A stretch of DNA of 64,000 nucleotides from positions 20,267 to 84,266 of the forward strand of contig JAFGCY010000011.1 in NCBI GenBank assembly GCA_016932385.1. The letters are read 5' to 3'. The DNA comes from a bacterium (GTDB taxonomy: Bacteria > 4484-113 > JAFGCY01). A program made the translations under genes and the position numbers. The notes under the pieces were generated by a model. That model was not told the DNA's origin. It saw nothing but the letters and a program-made list of their open reading frames with translations, and did no database searches. Below, piece after piece: positions 53,969 through 63,761 of the stretch. Each line of letters begins with the position of its first letter. Within the stretch, counting starts at the first letter, position 1.

Positions 53969-55900
53969 CTAGCTGGACGACTTCATCGACTTCATGCAGG
54001 GCGAATCTTCACTGGGATGGAAGAAGTGCCGGCGGCGCGATCCGCCTTCCTCGGTCACGAACAGCCAGCCCAGCATCTCGCCGATCTGCAGGTCGACATC
54101 GGCGACCGAACCGTCCGGCGCGTAATTGACGTTGAACAACCGGCGGTAGTCGAAGGCACTGGAGTTGACGGCGTTTTCCTCGTCGTTGAACAGATAGTGG
54201 TACTTCAGGGCCCCGCGCAGGCGCTCGTGCCAGCGCTCCAGGTTGCCCGGCAGCAGTTCCACGGCGCCGTTATCGAGGAAATAGCGCTGCATGTTGACGT
54301 CGGTCAGCAACTCGCCGATCTTGCGGCCCGGGAAGGCGCGCATCAAGGCCACCGTCGGTCCGTAGATCCAGCGCTTGTCCTTGGTGCAGATCGGAATACC
54401 GATGCTGATAATCCGCTGGCGCGTTTCATCATCTTCAGCCAGCGCAGCGGTAATCTGCTCGCAAATCGCCTCCGGATCGAACGCCTCTTCTAGCATTTCC
54501 AGCCGCCGCTCCAGGCTGGCGGTGCTTTCCTGGAAGATCGGCTTGAGCAGCTCGCTTAACCGGCCCAGCTTCTTGAGCAAATACGCCTCCCACAGCAGCT
54601 TGCTCAGTTTGGGCGGGCCCAGGATCTCGTAAGCTACGCTTTCGCCGTACTCGCTCTGCAGCGCGTTTAGCTTGTCCACCGCCAGATTGCGCATGACGCC
54701 GCCGCGGTAGGTGGAGTCCAGGCAGACCGAGGACAGGCTGCCGACGATGTCGTAGCCGGTGCTCTCACCCATGATCTCGCCCACGGCCGCCCGCGCGCAA
54801 TCCTCGGCGGTGACCAGCTCCATCTGCTCGATGGCGGTGATCGCCTCGAACTCGGCGGCGCTGAACACGCCGTTCTCGCCGGTGTCGATGAACACGCCCT
54901 TGAGTTGATCACCGGTCGGCTGGGCCGGAGCATCGTCAGCGCCGGCCTTGAAATCTTCGAGCGTGCGTCCCTGGTCGAGCTTGCAATCTACCAGCGGGAT
55001 CTCCTGGCCGTGCTTGCGGATCGCACCATAGCCGATGCTCTTCCAGCCGATCAGCGCCGCCGGCTTGATCTCCTTGATCAATGGCGCATCCTTGGTGCGG
55101 CTGAACAACAGGTAGAGCAGGCTGCTGGCGCCGGCCACCGCGGATTTGCTCATCAGCTGGCGGCTGGGCTTGCTCTCCGAATGCGTGTAAGGAATATTCA
55201 ATCCCATGCCGCCGGTGCCAGTCGTGCCGACCTTCAGATACAGGCCCGTCCCGGCCAGCGTCATGCCGTCCTTGATGATTTCCATGTGACGCACGAGCGC
55301 GGGCAGGGCGGCACTGGCCAGGACCAACTCCGCGAACGGCGCTCCGCCTTCCCGCTCGAGCTGGCCGTCTTCCTTATGCTTGAGATAGCTTTTGCCCAGG
55401 GTGAAGATGTCCATGTAGGCCAAGCCGGTGGCGGTGTTGACGCAGTCGATCAGGATGTCCGGCTTATCCTCGGCCAGCCAGCGATAGAGGTTGATATCCT
55501 GCTTTTCCTCGGGGCTGAACAGGTTGTAATCCTTGAACACGAACTCGACCGCCCCCGACGTGTAAGCGGCCTGCCGGCGCAGTTTTTCCTCTTCGCTCAA
55601 CGGTTGGCCGTCCGGACCAGCAACCTCGCGCGCGCGCGCATGCAGTTCTTCAAGCTTGCGCGTGCGCAGGATATCGCCATAGCGGGGCTTGACCTTGGTG
55701 CGCTCTCCGGCCGGAATATCGCGTTGCAGGTCTTCTATCCAACGCTGGCTGGCGGCGCTGATGTCCTCGGCTTCGTTCTGCCACAAACTGCACAGCACCA
55801 GTTGCGATGGGCGGCCGTTGGCCAGGAGCAGCTTGACGATCGCGCTTCCCACCTGGCCGTAGGCGCCAAGAATCAGGATCGATTTACCGTTGATATCCAT
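53969..55900 (-). CDS. Large NAD(P)-binding-domain protein, function unknown
   Basis: 643 aa. N-terminal Rossmann signature SILILGAYGQVGSAIV. The remaining ~550 aa are unrecognised. Confidence 0.55.
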   Translation of the reverse strand: MDINGKSILILGAYGQVGSAIVKLLLANGRPSQLVLCSLWQNEAEDISAASQRWIEDLQRDIPAGERTKVKPRYGDILRTRKLEELHARAREVAGPDGQPLSEEEKLRRQAAYTSGAVEFVFKDYNLFSPEEKQDINLYRWLAEDKPDILIDCVNTATGLAYMDIFTLGKSYLKHKEDGQLEREGGAPFAELVLASAALPALVRHMEIIKDGMTLAGTGLYLKVGTTGTGGMGLNIPYTHSESKPSRQLMSKSAVAGASSLLYLLFSRTKDAPLIKEIKPAALIGWKSIGYGAIRKHGQEIPLVDCKLDQGRTLEDFKAGADDAPAQPTGDQLKGVFIDTGENGVFSAAEFEAITAIEQMELVTAEDCARAAVGEIMGESTGYDIVGSLSSVCLDSTYRGGVMRNLAVDKLNALQSEYGESVAYEILGPPKLSKLLWEAYLLKKLGRLSELLKPIFQESTASLERRLEMLEEAFDPEAICEQITAALAEDDETRQRIISIGIPICTKDKRWIYGPTVALMRAFPGRKIGELLTDVNMQRYFLDNGAVELLPGNLERWHERLRGALKYHYLFNDEENAVNSSAFDYRRLFNVNYAPDGSVADVDLQIGEMLGWLFVTEEGGSRRRHFFHPSEDSPCMKSMKSSS

Positions 55901-56018
55901 GTAAAACCGCCTCCCGCGGAGTGCTGACTATTTTAATGTATGGAAGCCCACCTGACACCCTTAGGAGCAGAATTCCGGCACTACCTTCTATTCGGGCACA
56001 GCACGCTAGAATTAACAC

Positions 56019-56849
56019 ATGGCAAGTGCGGAAATCAGGCTTGATAACGGCGTTTTGGTTGGCAATGACCATCCCTTGCTCTTGATCGCCGGCCCCTGCG
56101 TAATCGAATCGGCCCAGATGTGCGTCGACGTGGCGGGACGGCTCAAGGACATTACAAGCCGGCTGGGCATACCTTATGTGTTCAAAGCCAGTTTCGATAA
56201 AGCCAACCGCTCCAGCGTGACCAGCTATCGCGGCCCCGGACTGGCGGTAGGGCTGAAAATCCTGGAAACGGTGCGCGAACAGGCCGGCGTGGCCGCGTTG
56301 ACGGACTTCCACGAACCGGCCCAGGCCCAGGAGGTCGCCAGCGTGGTCGATGTGCTGCAAGTACCGGCCTTCCTCTGCCGGCAGACCGACCTGCTGCTGG
56401 CCGCCGCCGAAACCGGCAAGGTGATCAACGTCAAGAAGGGCCAGTTCATGGCGCCCTGGGATATGCTAAACGTCGTCAACAAGCTGGCCGAGGGCGGCTG
56501 TGAACGGGTAATCGTCACCGAGCGCGGCGCGAGTTTCGGTTACAACAACCTGGTGGTGGATTTCCGCGGCATCATGTATTTCCGCGAGCAGCGCTGGCCG
56601 ACCTGCTTTGACGCCACACACAGCGTGCAGCTGCCGGGCGGCGCCGGCACCGCCAGTTCCGGCCAGCGCCAGTATGTGGCGGGCTTGAGCCAGGCCGCCG
56701 TCAGCCTGGGCATCGCGGCGCTGTTCTGGGAAGTACACCCCTGTCCGGACGAGGCGCTCTGCGACGGACCCAATCAGCTGTTCCTGGAGCAGGTGGAGCC
56801 GCTCTTAACGCGGCTGGTCGAGCTGGACAGCTGGGCCAAGCGAAAATAA
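56019..56849 (+). CDS. kdsA: 3-deoxy-8-phosphooctulonate (KDO8P) synthase
   Basis: LIAGPCVIES, KASFDKANRSS, LQVPAFLCRQTDL, VKKGQFMAP, TERG, DATHSVQLPGG. Confidence 0.92.
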   Translation: MASAEIRLDNGVLVGNDHPLLLIAGPCVIESAQMCVDVAGRLKDITSRLGIPYVFKASFDKANRSSVTSYRGPGLAVGLKILETVREQAGVAALTDFHEPAQAQEVASVVDVLQVPAFLCRQTDLLLAAAETGKVINVKKGQFMAPWDMLNVVNKLAEGGCERVIVTERGASFGYNNLVVDFRGIMYFREQRWPTCFDATHSVQLPGGAGTASSGQRQYVAGLSQAAVSLGIAALFWEVHPCPDEALCDGPNQLFLEQVEPLLTRLVELDSWAKRK

Positions 56850-56851
56850 AA

Positions 56852-56884
56852 GAGCCGGGACTACTGTGATTTTAGTCCCGGCTC
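56852..56884. terminator. Hairpin terminator between convergent kdsA and the vWA gene
   Basis: 12-bp perfect stem GAGCCGGGACTA / TAGTCCCGGCTC with a 9-nt loop. The U-tract is present only for the minus-strand transcript (AAAATAAAA on plus). Confidence 0.65.
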
Positions 56885-56930
56885 GCGTGTTCCCTTTATC
56901 CAGGAGGAGATCTCAGAACACGCCTCAACG

Positions 56931-59540
56931 CTATATGGCAATATCAGGACTGTGCGGATTAACGGGATGTTCAGTCCGACGCCACAAAGCAAACGTCATC
57001 ACGCCCGCCGCGGCGGCGAACAGGAACAAGCCAAAGCCCAGCGCGATCACGCGCAAGGCATAGCCAGCTCCCGGCCCGCCGCCGGAGTCCGTCGTGGCTG
57101 CCACCAGCATCTGCGCTGGCTCATCCTCGTCATGCTCGGGGAAATACCGGAAGCGCTCGATCTTCTCCAGTCCCGCCGGCGGCAGGCTGGCCAGGTAATC
57201 GCCCGTGCCCAACTCCCGGCGCAGCCGGTCCACTTCCTCGGAGGTGTTCGTGACATCTTCCGTGACCGTCTCCAGGGCTAAATCATCCGCAACCACGACG
57301 ACGATTTCCTCGCCCTGGCTGAGGTACTCCGCCAGCTCGGGGAATTCGTCGAGTAACTGGAAGTAGGTATCGCCATAGGAGGTCACCTGGATCACATCCT
57401 GCCGGTCCGGTTCAAAGCGCGCGTCGACCCACTGGCTGGCTTGGCGCGCACCGTTGTACTGCGAGACAAATGTCTGGTTGTTAACGTAATTCACGGTACT
57501 GCCGGGTGTCGCCGAGCCCTGCCGATTCGTACTGCCGGAATTGGGCCAAGGTAACTCAATACTGGTACGAATGCCTTCATCCATATCTCCGCCGCCGGCG
57601 GCGCCGCCCGCGACTTGCGGTGCGGCCGCGAGATCCGCGGCTTGGTTGGCCTGGTTCAGCTTGCTGCGGCCCACGGCCATCGCGCCCGTATCGTCGACAC
57701 GCGCCTCCTCCATCTCCATCGCGAACTGTTCGCGGCGGGTCTGGACATCGAAGTACGCATCCGGCTCGGTGATCAGGTAGCTCGTATACGGCGTCACGAT
57801 GCCGAAGCGCATCGCCAACTTGTCAACTTCGTCGATCAGTTCCTGGTTGTCGCCGAGCAGGCGGATCTGGTCGAGCAGGTAGCTGACCTTACGGGCCGCC
57901 CAGAGTCGCGGTACGGTATGGTTGCCGGTGGAGACATTGGAATCGATCTCCGTCATGAACTTCTGGCGGCCGTTCTCCGTATCGCCCAGTAAGGTCAGAT
58001 GCACATTGCGGTCCGGCGTTCCGTGGAAGCGGCCCGTAATGTGAATCTCGTTGTTGTGGAACAAGTCGGGCAATTCGCGCGGCATGATGTCGTAGTCGTC
58101 CAGCCCGTCCAGCTCGATAGCGATGTCGACGAGTGCCGGCGAACTCATTTTGCCGTAGAACTCGCTGACCTTGGATTCCAGGTTTTCGTTGGGGCTGACA
58201 TAGGTCGCCGAGCCGTGGTGGTTGTAGCTGAGGCTGTCCAACAGCGTTGTATTGACGTCATAGCCCACGCCGAAAACGAACAGCTTCACATCGGCGTCAA
58301 AGCGCGCTTTGGCGTTATTGACGATGTTGTCGATATCGCATTCGCCGGCGGTGGGCAGGCCATCCGTCAGGAAAACGGCGTAGGCCGGCCGTTCACGACC
58401 GTTGATCAGGCCGGCGCCGGTCTTGAGCGCCTGGTCGATGTCCGTACTGCCGCCGTCGGTCAGCGCACTGACCTCTTCGCGGGCCTGGCGCAGGTTATCG
58501 GCCGAGGCTGTGTGCAATTCATCCCACAACGGCGTAATCACATCGTCGTAAAACACGATACCGAAGCGGTCCTCGCTTTTCAGGCGATCAAGGACAAACT
58601 TCAGCGCGTTTTTGGCCTGCTCGATCTTCTCGCCGGCCATACTGCCGCTCTTGTCGATGATGAAGACAACGTCCTTGGGAATGTACGTATCGTTTTGCGG
58701 CAGGGCGGCCAGCAGGCTCAGGAGAAAATACCCGTCCTCGTTGCCCTCGCCGGGGAAGCAGATCAAGCTGGCGGCGAATTCATCGGTCCGCCGGCCGATG
58801 TTCAGCGAGAAGTCGGTGGAGAAGTCGTTGAGCCGTTCTTCATAGCTGCCGCGCGCGCGGTAGTCGCCGTCGCGGTTGACGGTAATTCCGTGCGTCGGGC
58901 TGGAGATCGCGCCCAGCTCGTAATTGCTGTTGATTTCATAGTTCAGCACGAAGCTGGTGTTGTTGCAGCGGCTCCAGCCCGCCCAGCGCAGGGGCAGGTA
59001 GTAGCCTTGCAGCTGGCCCGTACCGGACAGGGTCTGGGTAAAGCTGACCTCGACCGTGCGGCTGTCACCGGGATTGAAGGGAAACACCGCGACCGAGAAT
59101 GTCTGGCTGTCCTGGTATTCAAGCAAGCCCGGATCGCGCATCTGGCGCACGATCTGCTGGTAGGTCTGACGGGCTTCGTCCGCATCCAGCACCTCGCCGG
59201 TCAACCGCTGGTCGCCGTCGATAATCGCGAAATCGCTGACGGTGGCGCCCGGCGGCAGCGGCAACATGTACTTGCCCTCCGCCATGCCCCCGCCGTCGTT
59301 ACGTAATGTCTGACGCAACGTGGTTCTTGCAACAGCACCATCGATATGGATATCTACGCGCATGTCGGTGAGTGCCAGATCGCGCTGGATCACCGGGTGG
59401 GGTGGCAGCGGCTCGGGGGCAATCTCGCGCTGGGCTGAGGCCTGGCCGGCCGCCGCCAGGCATAGCACCAGTGCTGCCAATACCGCTGGAATACTCCGCC
59501 AAGATGCAGTAACAAACATAAAAGCCCCTCCTCCGGACAC
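56931..59540 (-). CDS. VIT + von Willebrand factor type A domain protein with C-terminal membrane anchor
   Basis: Signal peptide. The N-terminal VIT-like region is followed by a vWA MIDAS motif (VVFIIDKSGSMAG). A C-terminal TM (VIALGFGLFLFAAAAGVMTFALW) is followed by RR. Confidence 0.8.
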   Translation of the reverse strand: MSGGGAFMFVTASWRSIPAVLAALVLCLAAAGQASAQREIAPEPLPPHPVIQRDLALTDMRVDIHIDGAVARTTLRQTLRNDGGGMAEGKYMLPLPPGATVSDFAIIDGDQRLTGEVLDADEARQTYQQIVRQMRDPGLLEYQDSQTFSVAVFPFNPGDSRTVEVSFTQTLSGTGQLQGYYLPLRWAGWSRCNNTSFVLNYEINSNYELGAISSPTHGITVNRDGDYRARGSYEERLNDFSTDFSLNIGRRTDEFAASLICFPGEGNEDGYFLLSLLAALPQNDTYIPKDVVFIIDKSGSMAGEKIEQAKNALKFVLDRLKSEDRFGIVFYDDVITPLWDELHTASADNLRQAREEVSALTDGGSTDIDQALKTGAGLINGRERPAYAVFLTDGLPTAGECDIDNIVNNAKARFDADVKLFVFGVGYDVNTTLLDSLSYNHHGSATYVSPNENLESKVSEFYGKMSSPALVDIAIELDGLDDYDIMPRELPDLFHNNEIHITGRFHGTPDRNVHLTLLGDTENGRQKFMTEIDSNVSTGNHTVPRLWAARKVSYLLDQIRLLGDNQELIDEVDKLAMRFGIVTPYTSYLITEPDAYFDVQTRREQFAMEMEEARVDDTGAMAVGRSKLNQANQAADLAAAPQVAGGAAGGGDMDEGIRTSIELPWPNSGSTNRQGSATPGSTVNYVNNQTFVSQYNGARQASQWVDARFEPDRQDVIQVTSYGDTYFQLLDEFPELAEYLSQGEEIVVVVADDLALETVTEDVTNTSEEVDRLRRELGTGDYLASLPPAGLEKIERFRYFPEHDEDEPAQMLVAATTDSGGGPGAGYALRVIALGFGLFLFAAAAGVMTFALWRRTEHPVNPHSPDIAI

Positions 59541-59644
59541 TATTTACGCTGGTGATCTGTGCCGGATCATGTGCAAGGCTGCTGGCTGGACGCGGAACAA
59601 GCGATCCTTGTTCAGGAATGAGTATAACGCGGCAGCCGGCGTGG

Positions 59645-60439
59645 CTACTCGTGGAATCGCGTCAGATCCGTTCCGGCGAAGGAGGGGCGGGATGCAACCA
59701 TTTGGCGGATGTTGTGGACAGCCGCTTCATCCAGCTGCACGCCCTCGGCAAACGGCTTGACCTCAGCCGCTTTGGCCGTCTGCCGCTTGCGACGCATCGC
59801 CGCGAAGTCGGCGCAGATCAGATAGGCCGCCAGGGCCAACGTGCCGCAAACGGCGCAGCTGTCGGCGACATTGAAGATCGGAAAATCGTAGGGATCGCCC
59901 CCTAGCGCGGGAATCAGCTTGGCGATATAGGGAATCTTGACGTCGATGAAGTCTACAACCTCGCGCAACCGGAACCGGTCGACGAAGTTGCCCAGCGCTC
60001 CGCCGATAATCGCGCCCAGCGCCCAGGTCATGCCGGTATGGCCGCGGAAGCGGCGCCACCAGACATAGAACAGCAGGAGCGCCATCGCCAGGCTGACGAA
60101 GCTCAAATAAAAGCTGTTGCCGGCGAAGATGCTCCAGGCCGCGCCGGTGTTGGTGGTCAGGTTCCAGGCGATCCAGGGCTCCCAAACCCACACCAGGGGC
60201 TTGAAGATGGTGTGGTTGCTGGAGATCAGGACTCCGTAAGTCTCCGAAACCGCCCGGTAGTTACCGGTCGACCAGAGCGTGAAGTACTCACGGGCGAAGT
60301 CCAGGAATGCCGTATGTTGGTGTTCCCCGAGCCGCCAGACAAAGTAAGCCTTGCTGATCTGGTCCGCCGCGATGATCAGCACGATCAGCGGCCATAACAG
60401 GCGGTGCAGGGCTTTAACTGGCTTTATTCCCTCGGGCAT
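59645..60439 (-). CDS. lspA: Lipoprotein signal peptidase (SPase II) with insertions and a C-terminal extension
   Basis: NTGAAWS, GNFVDR and FNVADS motifs. It is 264 aa, whereas LspA proteins as I remember them are substantially shorter. Confidence 0.8.
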   Translation of the reverse strand: MPEGIKPVKALHRLLWPLIVLIIAADQISKAYFVWRLGEHQHTAFLDFAREYFTLWSTGNYRAVSETYGVLISSNHTIFKPLVWVWEPWIAWNLTTNTGAAWSIFAGNSFYLSFVSLAMALLLFYVWWRRFRGHTGMTWALGAIIGGALGNFVDRFRLREVVDFIDVKIPYIAKLIPALGGDPYDFPIFNVADSCAVCGTLALAAYLICADFAAMRRKRQTAKAAEVKPFAEGVQLDEAAVHNIRQMVASRPSFAGTDLTRFHE

Positions 60440-60491
60440 GAGCGCATCAGTTTATCCTATGGATTAACGATCCGGGCCCCTTCAAGGGAAA

Positions 60492-61238
60492 TCAGTAATA
60501 GATATCCCAGGGGTCCGACGGGCTGAGCACTTCCAGCACCATCGCCAGCGCGGCCTGGCGGCTGAGCGGCTCGTATTCATGCAGGTTCAGCTCCGGATCG
60601 TCGACGATGTAAACCGGCAGGTCCACGTTCACGCGGGAGAACAGGTCCTTGGCGTACTCGCGGCTCAGCCGGATGCAGCCGTGGCTGGCCGGCCGGCCCA
60701 GCAGGCGCTCATAGCTGGATCCCTCCAGCCCATGCATGCCATAACCGCCGTCCTTGGTCAGGCCCATCCAGTGCAGCATCCAGGCTTCGTACTTCTGGCT
60801 ATAGGCTTTGGGCGCCTTGTTCACCACATGGTAGGTGCCCGGCGGGGTGTCGTAGCCGCTCCGGCCGCTGCTGATCTTCGACTCCTTGAGAATCTCGCCG
60901 TCGACGTTGCACTCGTAGATCCGCTGCTCGCTCAGGTTGACGACGATGTGGTCGAGCACCTCGCGATGGTCGGACACGATGACATCGATCAGCGCATCCA
61001 GGTCCGTCTCGCCGTCCGAGACCAAGCCCGCCACAAGTTCCTGTGCGCGCGTGCGGTAGCGGCTGGCGCCATCCAGGTCCACGGGCACCAGATCCCCCGG
61101 CGCCGCCATTTGAACCTGAGCCACCGGCTCGGGAACGGACTCGGCTTCGGCCACCGCCGGCGTCGCCGCCAATTGACCGGCCACCACCATGGCCAGCAGC
61201 GCCACCGTCAGCACACTCATCGCCCTTAACTTCAGCAT
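60492..61238 (-). CDS. L,D-transpeptidase (YkuD domain)
   Basis: Signal peptide. The catalytic motif is SHGCIRLS, preceded by GMHG. Confidence 0.85.
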   Translation of the reverse strand: MLKLRAMSVLTVALLAMVVAGQLAATPAVAEAESVPEPVAQVQMAAPGDLVPVDLDGASRYRTRAQELVAGLVSDGETDLDALIDVIVSDHREVLDHIVVNLSEQRIYECNVDGEILKESKISSGRSGYDTPPGTYHVVNKAPKAYSQKYEAWMLHWMGLTKDGGYGMHGLEGSSYERLLGRPASHGCIRLSREYAKDLFSRVNVDLPVYIVDDPELNLHEYEPLSRQAALAMVLEVLSPSDPWDIYY

Positions 61239-61292
61239 AGCTTCCGACTATATTACCCGATTTGATTGACTTGAATCTTGACCCGGTGCCGA

Positions 61293-62000
61293 TTAGGCCT
61301 CACGTAGAAACGCGACATGCGCGGCGATCCACATCTGCAGGGCCGACATCTGCATAGCGGACAGGCTGGCGAACTCCACGCCGACGATCGACAATCCGCC
61401 CAGCTCGTCGGCACGGATATTGCGCAGGACCCCTTTCCCCTCCAGCACCAGCGCGGGGTGCTCCACCGCGGCCCGACCGTCGAGATCCACCCAGAACTTG
61501 CACTCGAAGCTGACCTCCTGGCCGATCTGCCAGTCTTGTTCCGGGATGTCCGCGCCATAGCCGCCCAACGACAGGTCCATCGGCGCCGGCTGGGTGGCCG
61601 TAAACGCCGGTTCCTGCCCGGCCAGGCCGATCGTCAGTTCGCCCTGGACTTCGTAACGTTGATGCCGGCGCAGCTGATTGGCGGCACACTTGCCGATCAG
61701 TTGGCAATGGATTTCCGGCAGTTGGCCCTCGCCGACCACGGTCACGTTGCCCTGCACGATGAACAGGACGCCGTCGATCATGACATAGCAGGCCAACTCC
61801 TGTCCGACTCGCGGCAGATTCAGCCTGGCCGCGGCGTCATCCGACCAACGTACGACAAGGATGTTTTCCGGCTCCAGAACACCGAGGCACATGACGGGCA
61901 CCATCCGCTCCAGGCCACCGAAACTGATTCGCAGGTGGACCGTTGTGCCTTGGCAGAAGATCTCCGCGATTTTGACTTCCTGCAACCCAACCGTACTCAT
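61293..62000 (-). CDS. YcgR-like PilZ-domain c-di-GMP receptor (paralog 1)
   Basis: RxxxR (RRHQRY) and D/NxSxxG (DLSLGGYG) motifs. ~235 aa with an N-terminal PilZN-like beta domain. Confidence 0.75.
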   Translation of the reverse strand: MSTVGLQEVKIAEIFCQGTTVHLRISFGGLERMVPVMCLGVLEPENILVVRWSDDAAARLNLPRVGQELACYVMIDGVLFIVQGNVTVVGEGQLPEIHCQLIGKCAANQLRRHQRYEVQGELTIGLAGQEPAFTATQPAPMDLSLGGYGADIPEQDWQIGQEVSFECKFWVDLDGRAAVEHPALVLEGKGVLRNIRADELGGLSIVGVEFASLSAMQMSALQMWIAAHVAFLREA

Positions 62001-62102
62001 CTGTGATCGTCCCCGCGCACCACTACCGCTGGCCGGCGCTTCCGCCCTGGGTGCGCCTGTGCTTTATAGTAGCAGTCTTCCCGCCGAAAGTCGGCACCGA
62101 GG

Positions 62103-62813
62103 TTAGATTTCACGCAAATATATCTCGTGTGCCGCCAGCCACATCTGCAACGTGTTGAGCTGCGATCGCGAGAGTTCCGTGATCTCTGCACCCAGGTTCA
62201 CCAGCTGGGGGCTATCGCTCGGTCGAACGGCGCGAATCGTAATCCGGCCGTGTAATTGCAGCTCAGGCATCGCCGGATCAGGCTGGCCGCCGCGATCCAC
62301 CCAGATCTTCAGCTGAAAGCCCGTCTCTTGGCCGGCCAGCCAACCTCGGTTGTGAACCTGGATGCCGAACCCTCCCAAGGAGATGTCCATCGCATGCGGC
62401 TGGTTCTGGCGGTAGGCAGTATTATCGCCGGGCTCGCCGATCCGCACCTGGCCTTGGACCAGATACCGCGGGCTCTGCCGCAGGGGAACGGCCAAGCACA
62501 CCGCGTCGATCTTATTGCGGATGCGGGGCAGGCGGCCATCGGAGAGATTGACCACTTGGCCGCGGGCGATGTACATCACCCCCGTGGCCACGGTGTAGAA
62601 CTGGACCGCCAAGCCGGGTTGAGGCAAATGAGCTTGTTCACTGGAATCCTCGGTCCACTGAACGACAAGTTCTTTCTCCGGGCCCTGGACGCCCATACAC
62701 ATGACGGGCACCATTTTCTCGGCCGATCCCAGGTGGCCTCTCAGATGCACCTGGGCACCCGTCTTGAAAACCTCCGCGGTAACCGCGCCGCCCGCTTTGT
62801 TCGAATCCGCCAT
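62103..62813 (-). CDS. YcgR-like PilZ-domain c-di-GMP receptor (paralog 2)
   Basis: RQSPRY and DISLGGFG motifs. It shares the C-terminal helix LQMWLAAHEIYLREI with paralog 1. Confidence 0.75.
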   Translation of the reverse strand: MADSNKAGGAVTAEVFKTGAQVHLRGHLGSAEKMVPVMCMGVQGPEKELVVQWTEDSSEQAHLPQPGLAVQFYTVATGVMYIARGQVVNLSDGRLPRIRNKIDAVCLAVPLRQSPRYLVQGQVRIGEPGDNTAYRQNQPHAMDISLGGFGIQVHNRGWLAGQETGFQLKIWVDRGGQPDPAMPELQLHGRITIRAVRPSDSPQLVNLGAEITELSRSQLNTLQMWLAAHEIYLREI

Positions 62814-62905
62814 AGTTGTGTCTACCAGCAGGTTTGGTAACTAGATTATAGGAGCCTAAAAGTCTAATAGGACAATTATTAATCAAGTTTAACTGTTTAA
62901 ATCTG

Positions 62906-63673
62906 TTACAACCGGTGGTAGACATGGGTTGTGGCGAGCCAGAGGCGTAGCGCCCGAAGCTGATACTCCGGCAACGAATCGAACTCAAAGCCCAGATGCC
63001 GGCGGTCCTTGTCATCGTCGAGTTCCTGCTGCGAACGCAACACGGCATTGCCGCGCAAACGTAGCACGGGCTTGTCAACATGCTCGTCGCAGGAGGCGGG
63101 TTGGCAGGCCTCCAAGGCAAACCGGATGCGGTCGCCGATCCGCCAGCCCTGCGGAATCAAACGTAGACCGAAGCCGCCGAAGGAAACATTGAGCGGTAAC
63201 GGTTCCTCGTTGTGATAGAAGTAATCACCTTCACCCGACTCACCAAGGCAGAGCCGACCCCAGACGGGATAACGCTCGTACTGCCGGATCCGGTACGCGG
63301 ACATCGAGTTGCCCAGCTGGATTTTCAAAACGGGTGCCGGGCTTTCGTCAATCCGCAGTAAAACGCCCGTGGTCGAACATAAATAGCCGTTTTCCGAAGT
63401 AAAGCACTGCACCGCCTCGCCCACGGCGGGCGGCACCGGCACGGAGAACTCCCCCGGCTGCGCGAACCACTCCAGTTCGACGGCCAGATCCGCCAGATCG
63501 AACCGCAGGCACCTGAGTAACTCGGTGTGCTCCTGGTTGTCGACCTGGTAACGCAGATAGACTGGAACGTCGGCCTGCAGGACTTTGGCCGTTTCGCGGA
63601 CTTCATGCAGTTGCCGGTTGCTTCGCGGTTCGATCACAAACTCCCCCTGGGCGGGTTTCCGATAGGGCGCCAA
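62906..63673 (-). CDS. YcgR-like PilZ-domain c-di-GMP receptor (paralog 3)
   Basis: RQYERY and NVSFGGFG motifs. The C-terminus is LRLWLATTHVYHRL. Confidence 0.7.
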   Translation of the reverse strand: MAPYRKPAQGEFVIEPRSNRQLHEVRETAKVLQADVPVYLRYQVDNQEHTELLRCLRFDLADLAVELEWFAQPGEFSVPVPPAVGEAVQCFTSENGYLCSTTGVLLRIDESPAPVLKIQLGNSMSAYRIRQYERYPVWGRLCLGESGEGDYFYHNEEPLPLNVSFGGFGLRLIPQGWRIGDRIRFALEACQPASCDEHVDKPVLRLRGNAVLRSQQELDDDKDRRHLGFEFDSLPEYQLRALRLWLATTHVYHRL

Positions 63674-63761
63674 TACTACTTGCTGTCAGGCCTTCTGGCA
63701 AGTAATAGAAAGCGCCCCGCAAGCGGAGCGCTGTTGGTTCCTGTTTGTTGCCAGCCGGACA

